In this document: positions 18,740 through 28,590 of the stretch, piece after piece
Layout: each line of letters begins with the position of its first letter
How positions within the stretch are numbered: position 1 is the first letter of the stretch
Assembly: GCA_964650315.1 (NCBI GenBank)
Contig: CAZYQE010000002.1
Coordinates: 72,140-136,139, forward strand
Direction: 5' to 3'
Source: an uncultured Muribaculaceae bacterium
Lineage (GTDB): Bacteria > Bacillota_I > Bacilli_A > RF39 > UBA660
DNA length: 64,000 bases
Translations under genes and position numbers: made by a program
The notes under the pieces: generated by a model
The model's database searches: none
What the model was told of the DNA's origin: nothing
Seen by the model: only the letters and a program-made list of their open reading frames with translations

Positions 18740-19636
18740 ATGAAGAAAAAAGATATAAAACTAATAATATCTATAATTATATTTATACTAGTATTAGGTT
18801 GTTATTTATATGATAATTATAATAGTAATAAAACTATTAAAAAACGTGAAACTACTAAAGAAGTATTCAAAGATGAAAATTTAAAAATATATTTCTTAGA
18901 TGTAGGTCAAGCTGATTCAATACTTATAAATAATAAAGATAAATATATGTTAATAGATGCTGGTAATAATGAAGATGGAGAAAAACTAGTTAATTATTTT
19001 AAAGAATTAGGTATCAAGAAATTTGATTATGTTGTTGGTACTCATGCTCATGAAGATCATATAGGTGGAATGGATGATATAATTAATAACTTTGATATAA
19101 ATACTTTCTATATGCCAGATGCTATAACTACTACCAAAACATTTGAAGATGTATTAGATGCTCTAGAAAACAAAAAACTTGCTTTTAATACACCAGAAGT
19201 AGATAAATCATTTAATTTCTCTAATACAAAAATAACTACTTTATATACTGGATCTAATAAATCAGATTTAAATAATACATCTATAGTATTTAGATTAGAT
19301 TATGGTTCTAATTGTTTTATATTAACTGGAGATGCCACTAGTACTACAGAAAATAAAATATTAGATAAAGATATAGATTGTGAAGTATTAAAAGTAGGTC
19401 ATCATGGTTCACATTATTCATCAAATCCTAATTTTTTAGATAAAGTAAGTCCAAAATATGCAATTATTTCTGCCGGAATAAATAATATATATAATCATCC
19501 TAGTGATATTACTATTAATAAACTTAATGATAGAAATATTAAAATATATAGAACTGATAAAGATGGTACTATTTTGATGACTAGTGATGGCGCTAATATT
19601 AAATTTAAAAAGATAAAGACTGATACTAATGGGTGA
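18740..19636 (+). CDS. Membrane-anchored MBL-fold hydrolase, ComEC C-terminal-domain-like
   Basis: N-terminal TM helix, FLDVGQADSILI, HAHEDHIGG and LKVGHHGS motifs. Confidence 0.75.
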   Translation: MKKKDIKLIISIIIFILVLGCYLYDNYNSNKTIKKRETTKEVFKDENLKIYFLDVGQADSILINNKDKYMLIDAGNNEDGEKLVNYFKELGIKKFDYVVGTHAHEDHIGGMDDIINNFDINTFYMPDAITTTKTFEDVLDALENKKLAFNTPEVDKSFNFSNTKITTLYTGSNKSDLNNTSIVFRLDYGSNCFILTGDATSTTENKILDKDIDCEVLKVGHHGSHYSSNPNFLDKVSPKYAIISAGINNIYNHPSDITINKLNDRNIKIYRTDKDGTILMTSDGANIKFKKIKTDTNG

Positions 19637-19640
19637 TATT

Positions 19641-19868
19641 ATGAAATATGCAGTAGATAGAATAGAAAATAATATTGTAGTATTAGAAAACATAAATAAT
19701 AATAGTATTAAAGAAGTTAATATTGATGAATTACCTAATAATATAAAAGAAGGTACTATACTAAAATATTATAATAAAACTTATACTATAGATACTAATG
19801 AAGAAAATATAAGAAGAAAAAGAATACAAGATAAATTAGATAGATTAAAAAGACTAAAAACTAATTAG
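19641..19868 (+). CDS. DUF3006-like small protein
   Basis: MKYAVDRIENNIVVLEN... pattern, in the position usual for this family (immediately after a ComEC-like MBL gene). Confidence 0.55.
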   Translation: MKYAVDRIENNIVVLENINNNSIKEVNIDELPNNIKEGTILKYYNKTYTIDTNEENIRRKRIQDKLDRLKRLKTN

Positions 19869-20259
19869 TCTCTTTTAATTTATATAATACTTTTTTATTA
19901 TGGTATATTTTCTTAGTACTTATATTAAAACTATTTAATATCTTACTACTAGTATTCATATTAGTAACTATATAATTACATGATTTATAATATAATTTCT
20001 TCTTACTATTTTTATTTAATTCTTTTATACCAGATTCTATATCTTTAGATTTAACATAATAATACTTATATTCTTTATTAATACCTAATTGATCTTTAAT
20101 AGGTATTATTTCTTTTAAATATATATAATAACTATTATCTTTATAATATACTCCTATACCATCTATAATAGCTAAATTATTTAATTCTATATACTTTGGT
20201 ATATGTATAAAAATAGATATAAAAAGTAATATAAATAATATTATTAATTTCTTTTTCAT
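19861..20259 (-). CDS. Small membrane-anchored protein resembling the N-terminal part of Ger(x)C germination lipoproteins
   Basis: N-terminal hydrophobic helix then LAIIDGIGVYYKD, like the GerC N-domain start. It has a 4-nt overlap with the upstream GerA-family gene. At 132 aa it is much shorter than a full GerC. Confidence 0.35.
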   Translation of the reverse strand: MKKKLIILFILLFISIFIHIPKYIELNNLAIIDGIGVYYKDNSYYIYLKEIIPIKDQLGINKEYKYYYVKSKDIESGIKELNKNSKKKLYYKSCNYIVTNMNTSSKILNSFNISTKKIYHNKKVLYKLKETN

Positions 20260-21653
20260 TTATATTTACCTCTTATTATATTTTTAGTAAGAAGAGAATT
20301 TCTAGTTTTAATATTTTTATCTTTTTTAATAAAAGAATCTAATATTTCATTCTTATCATATGGAATAATAGGGGATAAATAAGAATAATTAAAACATCTA
20401 ATAGTAAATAAATTATATAAAAGCAAGAAAGTTCCTATAAATACTCCATATATACCAAATATTGCAGATAATATAAGTAAAAATATTTTATAGAACCTAA
20501 CTACATTAACTAATTCATTAGAAGGAAATATTAAAGCTGCTATAGAAGAAATAGCTATAATTATAATCATAATAGGAGATACTATTCCTGCACTAACAGC
20601 AGCATCTCCTAATATTAAACCACCAAGTATAGATATAGCTGATCCAGTAGTAGCAGACATCCTAATATCAGATTCTTTTAATATCTCAAAAGCTATAATC
20701 ATAAATAAAGCTTCTATATAAGCAGGGAAAGGTACAAAAGTTCTTCCTGCTTTTAACATAATTAATAATTTATATGGAATTAAATCATAATTTCTAGTAG
20801 TAACAGATATATATAAAGAAGGTAGGAATATTGCTATTAAAAAAGCAATTAATCTAATTATTCTAATAAAAGTAGTATTAATATCTTTCCCATAATAATC
20901 ATCTACAGTATGAAAAAAATCTATAAAAAAACTAGGTAATATAATTGTATAAGGACTACCATCTACTATAATTACAACTTTACCTTCTAATAACGCCATA
21001 GAACTTTTATCAGGTCTTTCTGTAGTAGTTAGAGTAGGAAATAAATTATTTTTATTCTCTAAAGAATTTTTTAAATAACTAGAATCTATTATTCCATCAA
21101 TATCTATTTTATTTAACTTATTTTCTATATCTTTTACTAACTTTTTATTAACTAAATTCTTCATATAAAGTATCCCAACTAATGTCTTAGAAGATCTACC
21201 TATAGATAAAGTTTTAGATACCAAATAAGGACTTTTTATTCTTCTTCTAATAAGACCTAAATTAGTATTAAAAATCTCTGAGAAAGCATCTTTTGGCCCA
21301 GTAAGAGATAATTCACTTTCTACACTAGATACACCTCTATCTAGATTAGCTCTTACTTCAATCGCAAGTATTTCATAACCAATTATTACTAAAAATCCAT
21401 TATTAACAAAATTAATTATATCTTTCTTATTAATCTTAATTATATTAGTATTAGGTAATATATTAATTAAATCTTTTAAATCTCTTTTATCTAAATTTAC
21501 TAATTCTCTAATTATAAAATCATCTATCAATAAAGTATTAGTTAATACTTCATTAAATAATAAATATATCTTTTTATTAGAAATATTTAATTCTTTAAAT
21601 ATATAATCTTTAGATATTTCTAATTCTTTTTTTAAATTATTTATTAAAGACAT
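20256..21653 (-). CDS. GerA-family spore germination protein (A subunit / SpoVAF-like)
   Basis: Soluble N-domain followed by 4-5 TM helices, including PDKSSMALLEGKVVIIVDGSPYTIILP, which is characteristic of GerAA/SpoVAF. Start taken at MSLINNLKK. Confidence 0.75.
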   Translation of the reverse strand: MSLINNLKKELEISKDYIFKELNISNKKIYLLFNEVLTNTLLIDDFIIRELVNLDKRDLKDLINILPNTNIIKINKKDIINFVNNGFLVIIGYEILAIEVRANLDRGVSSVESELSLTGPKDAFSEIFNTNLGLIRRRIKSPYLVSKTLSIGRSSKTLVGILYMKNLVNKKLVKDIENKLNKIDIDGIIDSSYLKNSLENKNNLFPTLTTTERPDKSSMALLEGKVVIIVDGSPYTIILPSFFIDFFHTVDDYYGKDINTTFIRIIRLIAFLIAIFLPSLYISVTTRNYDLIPYKLLIMLKAGRTFVPFPAYIEALFMIIAFEILKESDIRMSATTGSAISILGGLILGDAAVSAGIVSPIMIIIIAISSIAALIFPSNELVNVVRFYKIFLLILSAIFGIYGVFIGTFLLLYNLFTIRCFNYSYLSPIIPYDKNEILDSFIKKDKNIKTRNSLLTKNIIRGKYK

Positions 21654-21735
21654 ATAATCACCATTATTAGTATGTAATAAATTGACTTTTAAATACATCT
21701 ATGTTAATATATACATCAAAAAGGAAGTGAAAAAC

Positions 21736-22488
21736 ATGTTTGAAAAACATAAACAAGCAAAAACAGATAAATTAATTAATATGTTAAATATTCAGGCTAT
21801 ATCACTAAAAAAGAAATTTGATAGTATTAACGATTGGATAGAATTACATATAGATAGTGATCCAAACTTATATGAAATGATTACATGTATATGCAATTAT
21901 GGAGAATTAGTAGCAGCATATAATCATGTATATAAAAAATATGATACTTATCCTATAGTTGAAAGAGCATCTGATCAATTATTAAACTATGAAAAAGTAG
22001 GTTATAACAATAATATAGGTCTTAATATATTTAAAGCTACTCACTATGCTATACCATATATAAATAATACTATAAAAGAAACAACTTGTAGTTTAAAAAG
22101 AATGATGGAATTAAGAGAAGATCATGAATTATTTAGAGATGAAGCAGTTACTACATTCTTAGATCCAATATATTCTTCTGCACTTTGTGCTGAATTTGCT
22201 ATTGAAAATGAAAAAGGTAGTGAATTAAGAACTAAAGTATTAGCTAAATGTGGTGGTATATATAACTATATCCATCAAGAAAAAAGAAATAATAAAAATT
22301 TCTTATATGATAATGAAGTAGAATTTAATCAATTAAAAAAAGATTTTCAAAACTATATTTCAGTATCTAAAAAACAACAATTTGTATCTGATATTGATAA
22401 TATGATAGATAAAATAGATAAAAATTATTTATATAGTGAAAACAAACCTAAAAAAATTGTATATCATGCAAAGAAGACATTTCGTTAA
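21736..22488 (+). CDS. Hypothetical protein
   Basis: ORF with RBS AAAGGAAG before the ATG at 21736. No recognisable motifs. Confidence 0.5.
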   Translation: MFEKHKQAKTDKLINMLNIQAISLKKKFDSINDWIELHIDSDPNLYEMITCICNYGELVAAYNHVYKKYDTYPIVERASDQLLNYEKVGYNNNIGLNIFKATHYAIPYINNTIKETTCSLKRMMELREDHELFRDEAVTTFLDPIYSSALCAEFAIENEKGSELRTKVLAKCGGIYNYIHQEKRNNKNFLYDNEVEFNQLKKDFQNYISVSKKQQFVSDIDNMIDKIDKNYLYSENKPKKIVYHAKKTFR

Positions 22489-22541
22489 TTAAAAACGGAA
22501 TGTTTTTATTTTTATGTTATAATTATTATAGGAGTGATAGT

Positions 22542-23003
22542 ATGAATAAATATATGAAAATAGCTAATGATTTAGCAAAAGAAAACTTAAAAACAAATGA
22601 TGGAGGTCCTTTTGGAGCTTGTATAGTTAAAGATGATAAAATCATTGGTAAAGGAAATAATAAAGTATTAAAGAATAATGATCCAACTGCTCATGCAGAA
22701 ATAAACGCTATTAGAGATGCATGTAAAAATATTAATTCATATGATTTAAGTGGAGCAGTTCTATATACATCTTGTTATCCATGTCCTATGTGTTTATCTG
22801 CAATAATATGGGCAAATATTGATAAAGTATATTATGCTAATACTAAAGAAGATGCTGATAGAATAGGTTTTAGAGATGAATTTATTTATAATTATATAAA
22901 AGGTAATAATAATGATGCATTAAAATTAGAATGTATTGATAGAGAAGAAACTATTAAAGTATTTGATGAATTCATGGATAAAGAAGATAAAACAATATAT
23001 TAA
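22542..23003 (+). CDS. guaD: Guanine deaminase (CMP/dCMP-type zinc deaminase, GuaD-like)
   Basis: GGPFGACIV, DPTAHAEINAIR, PCPMCLSAIIWA and C-terminal GFRDEFIY parallel B. subtilis GuaD as I recall it. Confidence 0.7.
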   Translation: MNKYMKIANDLAKENLKTNDGGPFGACIVKDDKIIGKGNNKVLKNNDPTAHAEINAIRDACKNINSYDLSGAVLYTSCYPCPMCLSAIIWANIDKVYYANTKEDADRIGFRDEFIYNYIKGNNNDALKLECIDREETIKVFDEFMDKEDKTIY

Positions 23004-23070
23004 GAAATAATATACAACAACTACTACTATATGTTATAATAAATGCAAATATGAAAAAGGAGATGATTGT

Positions 23071-23427
23071 ATGAAAAGAAAAATACTTTTAATTACACTA
23101 ATATCTATATTTTCTATTACTTTAATTGGATGTGGTAATACTACTACTGATAATAACACTACAAATAATACAAACAACAATGTAAACAATGCTGACAAAA
23201 ACAAATACATAAGTGAATCTAAAGCCAAAGATATTGCACTATCTGATGCAGGTTTAAAAGAAAATCAAATTACAGAATTATCTATTGAGCTTGATTATAA
23301 TGATGAGGATAACAATGGTAAAGCAATCTATGAAATAGGTTTCAAACATGGACAACAAGAATTTGATTATGATATAGATGCAACTAATGGTAAAATATTA
23401 GATAAAAATGTAGAAATTGATGATTAA
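23071..23427 (+). CDS. PepSY domain lipoprotein
   Basis: Lipobox LIGC. The Asn/Thr-rich linker is followed by a PepSY-like core ISESKAKDIAL...YEIGFKHGQQEFDYDIDATNGKIL. Confidence 0.6.
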   Translation: MKRKILLITLISIFSITLIGCGNTTTDNNTTNNTNNNVNNADKNKYISESKAKDIALSDAGLKENQITELSIELDYNDEDNNGKAIYEIGFKHGQQEFDYDIDATNGKILDKNVEIDD

Positions 23428-23503
23428 TTAAGAGTTAGCTAACGCTAACTTTTTTCTTTTATAAATATTAATAACATGATAAAATTATTATAGGAGTAGT
23501 AGT

Positions 23504-24070
23504 ATGGAAGTATATATTAAAAATGATAAAAATTTCTATAAGAATGTAAAGAAATATAAAAAAAATAAAAATACTATTCATTTCTTATATAAAGATAAAG
23601 ATATTATTGATGATAAAAATATAAAGAAATATACTGATGATATTAAATTTAAAATATATTGTACTAATGCACTAAATATAAAAGATATAAAAGAAAGATA
23701 TAGTTATATATATGATACAGTATGTAATTATTTAGATAATAAATTTAATACTGATAATATATGTGATTTTAAAGATAATAAATGTATTTCTGTTAGAAAT
23801 AATATGCATTGTGATGAATCTAATAATGGATGTTGTTATGGAAAAAAAAGAGGAGTATGTGAACATTTAAAGAATAATAAATGTATGATAAAATCTATTA
23901 CTTGTAAATTATTCACTTGCAGATATTTAAAAAAACAAGGTATAAAATATAAAATAAATGATATACCACTATTAAAATATTTCATGAACATACAACAAAG
24001 ACTAGTAATTATGTCATCTTTTTTCAAAGATAAAGATGAAGTAATAAAACTATTAATGAAGTATAAATAA
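23504..24070 (+). CDS. Cysteine-rich hypothetical protein
   Basis: ORF with RBS GGAG. The central 60 aa hold about 11 Cys (CDFKDNKC...HCDESNNGCCYGKKRGVCEH...KCMIKSITCKLFTC). Confidence 0.5.
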   Translation: MEVYIKNDKNFYKNVKKYKKNKNTIHFLYKDKDIIDDKNIKKYTDDIKFKIYCTNALNIKDIKERYSYIYDTVCNYLDNKFNTDNICDFKDNKCISVRNNMHCDESNNGCCYGKKRGVCEHLKNNKCMIKSITCKLFTCRYLKKQGIKYKINDIPLLKYFMNIQQRLVIMSSFFKDKDEVIKLLMKYK

Positions 24071-24100
24071 TATGATATAATTAATTAAGGAGGAATAAAT

Positions 24101-24889
24101 ATGGAAGTAATTAATGATATTTTAAAAAACAAAATAATTCAATCTATAATTGCAATTATAATAGTATATATAGTATATAAGATAATATCTACTATATTTA
24201 TAACAAATAATAAAGTATTAAAGGAAAAAGTATCACTTAGTAATAAGGGTAAAACATATGTAAAATTATTACATAGTATTCTAAGATATATATTTTTAGG
24301 TATAGCAATACTTGCAATATTAAAAATTTATAATGTAGATATTACCTCATTACTTGCAGGTGTTGGAATTGTTGGTGTAGTTTTAGGTTTAGCGATTCAA
24401 GATGCATTAAAAGACATTATAAGAGGAACTACAATACTATCTGATAGTTATTTTAGAGTAGGAGATGTAGTTAAATATAATGGTATTGAAGGAGAAGTTA
24501 TGGCTTTAGGACTAAAAACTACTAGAATAAGAGATATTGCTACTGAAAATATAATTTCTATTTCTAATAGAAAAATAGATGAAATTCAAATAGTATCTAA
24601 ATTTATTTACATAAATATACCATTACCATATGAATTAAAACTAGAAAAAGCAGAATCTATAGTAGATGAAATATCTGCTAAAGCAAAAGAAAACAATAAT
24701 GTTAAAGATTGTATATACTTAGGAGTAAGAGATTTAGCTGATTCATCAATAAAATATCAAATAAAAGTAGAAATGAAACCTAAAGAAAAATTAATTGCAT
24801 TAAAAGCAGTGAATAAAACAATACTGGAAGTATTAGAAAAACATAGTATTCAAGTTCCATATAATCAACTTGATATACATAATAAATAG
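24101..24889 (+). CDS. Small-conductance mechanosensitive channel (MscS family)
   Basis: Three TM helices, then [23 protein letters not shown] and [28 protein letters not shown]. Confidence 0.8.
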   Translation: MEVINDILKNKIIQSIIAIIIVYIVYKIISTIFITNNKVLKEKVSLSNKGKTYVKLLHSILRYIFLGIAILAILKIYNVDITSLLAGVGIVGVVLGLAIQDALKDIIRGTTILSDSYFRVGDVVKYNGIEGEVMALGLKTTRIRDIATENIISISNRKIDEIQIVSKFIYINIPLPYELKLEKAESIVDEISAKAKENNNVKDCIYLGVRDLADSSIKYQIKVEMKPKEKLIALKAVNKTILEVLEKHSIQVPYNQLDIHNK

Positions 24890-24897
24890 GAGGTACC

Positions 24898-25584
24898 ATG
24901 ATTAAATTAGTTTTAGTAAGACATGGGCAAAGCATGTGGAATTTAGAAAATAAATTCACTGGTTGGACTGATGTTGATTTATCAGAACAAGGTATAAAAG
25001 AAGCTATAGAAGCTGGTAAAGTATTAAAAGAAAAAGGTTATACTTTCGATATTGCATATACTTCTGTATTAAAAAGAGCAAATAGAACATTAGAATTAAT
25101 ATTAAAAGAATTAGATTTAGATATTCCAATTAAATATAGTTGGAGATTAAATGAAAGACATTATGGAGCTCTACAAGGATTAAATAAAGATGAGACTAGA
25201 GAAAAATATGGAGATGAACAAGTACATATATGGAGAAGAAGTGCAGATGTTAGACCTCCAGAATTAGATGATAATGATCCTAGGTATCCAGGTTTTGATT
25301 CTAAATATAAAGGATTAAATAAAGAGGAATTACCTCATACAGAATGTTTAAAGGACACTATAGAACGTGTTATGCCATATTGGTATTCTGATATAGAACC
25401 AGCACTAAAAGATAATAAGAAAGTAATTATCGCTGCTCATGGTAATAGTTTAAGAGGATTAATTAAATACTTAGATAATTTAAATGATGAAGAAGTAATT
25501 GGATTAGAAATAGAAACAGGTAATCCAATATGCTATGAATTAGATGATAATCTAAAACCTATAAAGCATTATTACTTAAAATAA
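24898..25584 (+). CDS. gpmA: 2,3-bisphosphoglycerate-dependent phosphoglycerate mutase
   Basis: [35 protein letters not shown] and AAHGNSLR motifs. Confidence 0.9.
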   Translation: MIKLVLVRHGQSMWNLENKFTGWTDVDLSEQGIKEAIEAGKVLKEKGYTFDIAYTSVLKRANRTLELILKELDLDIPIKYSWRLNERHYGALQGLNKDETREKYGDEQVHIWRRSADVRPPELDDNDPRYPGFDSKYKGLNKEELPHTECLKDTIERVMPYWYSDIEPALKDNKKVIIAAHGNSLRGLIKYLDNLNDEEVIGLEIETGNPICYELDDNLKPIKHYYLK

Positions 25585-25647
25585 AAAGAATAATAAACAC
25601 ATTATTCTTTTTTATGGTATAATTATATAACGAGGTGTAAATACAAA

Positions 25648-26220
25648 ATGAAGTTTAGAACAAACAAAGATAACAAAAATTATATAATGGTAAATATTGA
25701 AAAAATTGATGAATTATTAAGTTTAGTAGTAACTGATACTATAGATGTACCAGAAAATATTAGAGAAGAAGCAACACATATTATTAGAGTATCTTCTTCA
25801 CATAATATGAATCAATTAAATAACCCAAATAGTATTAAAGAAGTAGCTATTAAAAAGAGTAGTAATATAGGACAGTATTTACTTCTTAATACAGATTTTA
25901 TAAATATAATAAATGAAGATGATTATATATATTATAAAGATATAGTACATGCCCTAGATATCGCAATATTTGAAGACAATTGTAAACTATCAAATAAAAT
26001 ATCAAGATTATTTAGAGAACAAGCATCAGGTACAAAACAAAACTTATATGAAATATATAATCCAGAAGTAGTAGATTATATAAAAGAACATAATGATTTT
26101 AATACATATTTACTTAAATTTAATGGTGAATATAGACCTAGAAAATATTTTGTTTATGAAGATAATGATATAGTACACAAAAAACTATATAAAAAAGAAA
26201 AAACATTAATTAAAAAATAA
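25648..26220 (+). CDS. Hypothetical protein
   Basis: ORF with RBS GAGGTG. No recognisable motifs. Confidence 0.5.
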   Translation: MKFRTNKDNKNYIMVNIEKIDELLSLVVTDTIDVPENIREEATHIIRVSSSHNMNQLNNPNSIKEVAIKKSSNIGQYLLLNTDFINIINEDDYIYYKDIVHALDIAIFEDNCKLSNKISRLFREQASGTKQNLYEIYNPEVVDYIKEHNDFNTYLLKFNGEYRPRKYFVYEDNDIVHKKLYKKEKTLIKK

Positions 26221-26230
26221 TGGTGATATT

Positions 26231-26830
26231 ATGAACTATGATTTAAAGATGGAAGAAGAAATTAAAAATATTAAACCCGGTACTAAACTCTTATTACATG
26301 CATGTTGCGCTCCATGTTCATCAGCAGTATTAGAGCGTATTGGTAATATATTTGAAATAACAATACTATATTATAATCCAAATATTACAGATAAAAATGA
26401 ATATAATAAAAGATTAAATGAAGTTAAAAGTTTTATAAAGAAATTTAAAACTAAATACAAAATATCTATAATAGATGGTAGATATGATATAAATGATTTC
26501 CTAGATATAGCTAAAGGATTAGAAAATGAACCTGAAAGAGGTAAACGTTGTTATAAATGTTATAATTTAAGACTAGAAGAAACTGCTAAAGTTGCAGAAA
26601 AAGAGGGTTTTCCATACTTTACTACGACTTTAAGTCTTTCTCCATATAAAAATAGTAATTGGATTAATGAAATAGGAGAAGATTTAAATAATAAATATAA
26701 TTCTACATACTTATATTCTGATTTTAAAAAGAAAAATGGTTATAAGAGAAGTATAGAATTATCTAGTGAATATAATTTATATAGACAAAATTATTGTGGA
26801 TGTATATATTCTAAGAAAGAAGGGATATAA
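26231..26830 (+). CDS. queH: Epoxyqueuosine reductase QueH (DUF208)
   Basis: LLHACCAPCSS, KRCYKCY and NYCGCIYS cysteine motifs. Confidence 0.8.
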   Translation: MNYDLKMEEEIKNIKPGTKLLLHACCAPCSSAVLERIGNIFEITILYYNPNITDKNEYNKRLNEVKSFIKKFKTKYKISIIDGRYDINDFLDIAKGLENEPERGKRCYKCYNLRLEETAKVAEKEGFPYFTTTLSLSPYKNSNWINEIGEDLNNKYNSTYLYSDFKKKNGYKRSIELSSEYNLYRQNYCGCIYSKKEGI

Positions 26831-28134
26831 TGAAATATTATTGTATTGGAATTAAAGGAACAGGAATGAGTACTCTTGCTCAAATATTAAGTGATTTAGG
26901 TAATGAAGTATCAGGTTATGATGACGCTAGAGGTCATAAGTTTACACAAGAGGGATTAGAAGAGAGAAATATACCAATTTATTATGATCATGATCATGAT
27001 ATAGATAAAGACACTATTGTAACTTATAGTGTAGCATTCTCAACAAATCATCCAGAGATGAAAAGAGTAAAAGAATTAGGTCTTACTATAAAGAAATATA
27101 ACGAAATAATGGGTGATATAGTTGCTATGTTTGATACTATTGGTGTTAGTGGTACACATGGTAAAACAACTACATCATCACTTATTAGACATATTATAGA
27201 AGACAAAATGGAATGTAATTACTTTATAGGTGCTGGAGATGGACATGCTAGTCCTGATAATAAATATTTTGTAGTAGAAAGTGATGAATTTAATAGACAC
27301 TTTACTGCTTATCATCCAAAATATTCTATAATTACTAATATAGAAGCAGAACATTTAGAATGTTATAAAGATATAGATGATATTAGAAATACATTTGAAA
27401 TATTTGCTAATAATACTAAAGATTTAGTAGTAGCAAATGGTGATAATGAAGAAGTTAGAAAGATTAATTATAATACTAAAGTAAAATTCTTTGGTTTTAA
27501 TGAAGATAATGACATAGTAGTTAAAAATATGAAATTAGAAGATACTGGTTCTGAATTTGATATTTATATAAATAATGAATTATTTGGACATTTTGATATT
27601 CCATTATATGGAGAACATATGGTACTAGATGCTGCAGCTGCAATCGCACTAACTAAAGAATTAGGATTTACTAAAGATGAAATACATGCTTCACTAGAAA
27701 CATTTGTAAATGCTAAAAGAAGGTTTGCAGAAGAAAAAGTAAATGGAAGTATCATAATAGATGATTATGCACATCATCCAACTGAAATAAAAGCTACTTT
27801 AGAAGCTATTAAACAAAAATATCCAAATAAAAAACTAATAGTAGTTTTTGTACCTAATACATATTCTAGAACAAAAGACTTTACAGATGAATTTGTAAAA
27901 GCATTCAATATTGCAGATAAAGCATATTTAACTGATATAGATGCTAATAGAGAAGATCCTAAAGATTATCCAGGTATTACATCATATACAATAATAGATA
28001 AATTAAATAATGGAGATATTATTAGTATAGATGAAATTAATAAACTAAAAGATAATAAAAATGATGTAGTATGTTTCATGGGATGTGCCTATGTAGATGG
28101 TATACTAAATGCTTATAAAGACTTACTAAAATAG
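26830..28134 (+). CDS. murC: UDP-N-acetylmuramate--L-alanine ligase
   Basis: YCIGIKGTGMSTLA and GVSGTHGKTTTSS, with DDYAHHPTEI. Its ATG overlaps the queH stop by 1 nt. Confidence 0.9.
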   Translation: MKYYCIGIKGTGMSTLAQILSDLGNEVSGYDDARGHKFTQEGLEERNIPIYYDHDHDIDKDTIVTYSVAFSTNHPEMKRVKELGLTIKKYNEIMGDIVAMFDTIGVSGTHGKTTTSSLIRHIIEDKMECNYFIGAGDGHASPDNKYFVVESDEFNRHFTAYHPKYSIITNIEAEHLECYKDIDDIRNTFEIFANNTKDLVVANGDNEEVRKINYNTKVKFFGFNEDNDIVVKNMKLEDTGSEFDIYINNELFGHFDIPLYGEHMVLDAAAAIALTKELGFTKDEIHASLETFVNAKRRFAEEKVNGSIIIDDYAHHPTEIKATLEAIKQKYPNKKLIVVFVPNTYSRTKDFTDEFVKAFNIADKAYLTDIDANREDPKDYPGITSYTIIDKLNNGDIISIDEINKLKDNKNDVVCFMGCAYVDGILNAYKDLLK

Positions 28135-28191
28135 GTTTACTACTTTTTTTAAATATTGTATAATACAACTTATCTAAGGAAGGAGCAATAT

Positions 28192-28524
28192 ATGAAAAAG
28201 AAAGAAGATCTTCAAAAAGATTTAGAAAAACAAAAAAAGTCAATAAAAAAAGGAGCAATTACAACAGCTGCTCTTGGAATAACATCCTTAACTATTATAG
28301 GTGAAACTTTTTATTTAGCAGAAACAGGACAGTTAGATCATGCAAATCTTATGACCGTAGCTGGATTAGTAAGCGGTGTCTTTTTAGCCGGCCCTTCTGT
28401 TAGTATGGGACTATTATATACATTAGATGCTGCTGATAATTATAATAAAACAAAAGAAGAATTACAAGAAACTGAAACACCAAAAATTTTAAAAAAAGAA
28501 ATGAATCCAACAAAATCTTATTAA
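28192..28524 (+). CDS. Small membrane protein
   Basis: RBS AAGGAGC before the ATG at 28192. Two hydrophobic helices. Confidence 0.5.
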   Translation: MKKKEDLQKDLEKQKKSIKKGAITTAALGITSLTIIGETFYLAETGQLDHANLMTVAGLVSGVFLAGPSVSMGLLYTLDAADNYNKTKEELQETETPKILKKEMNPTKSY

Positions 28525-28590
28525 AGAAATAGTTATTATTTCTTTTTTTTATGCCTTATTTTTGGTATAATATATAACGTGGTGAGTAGT

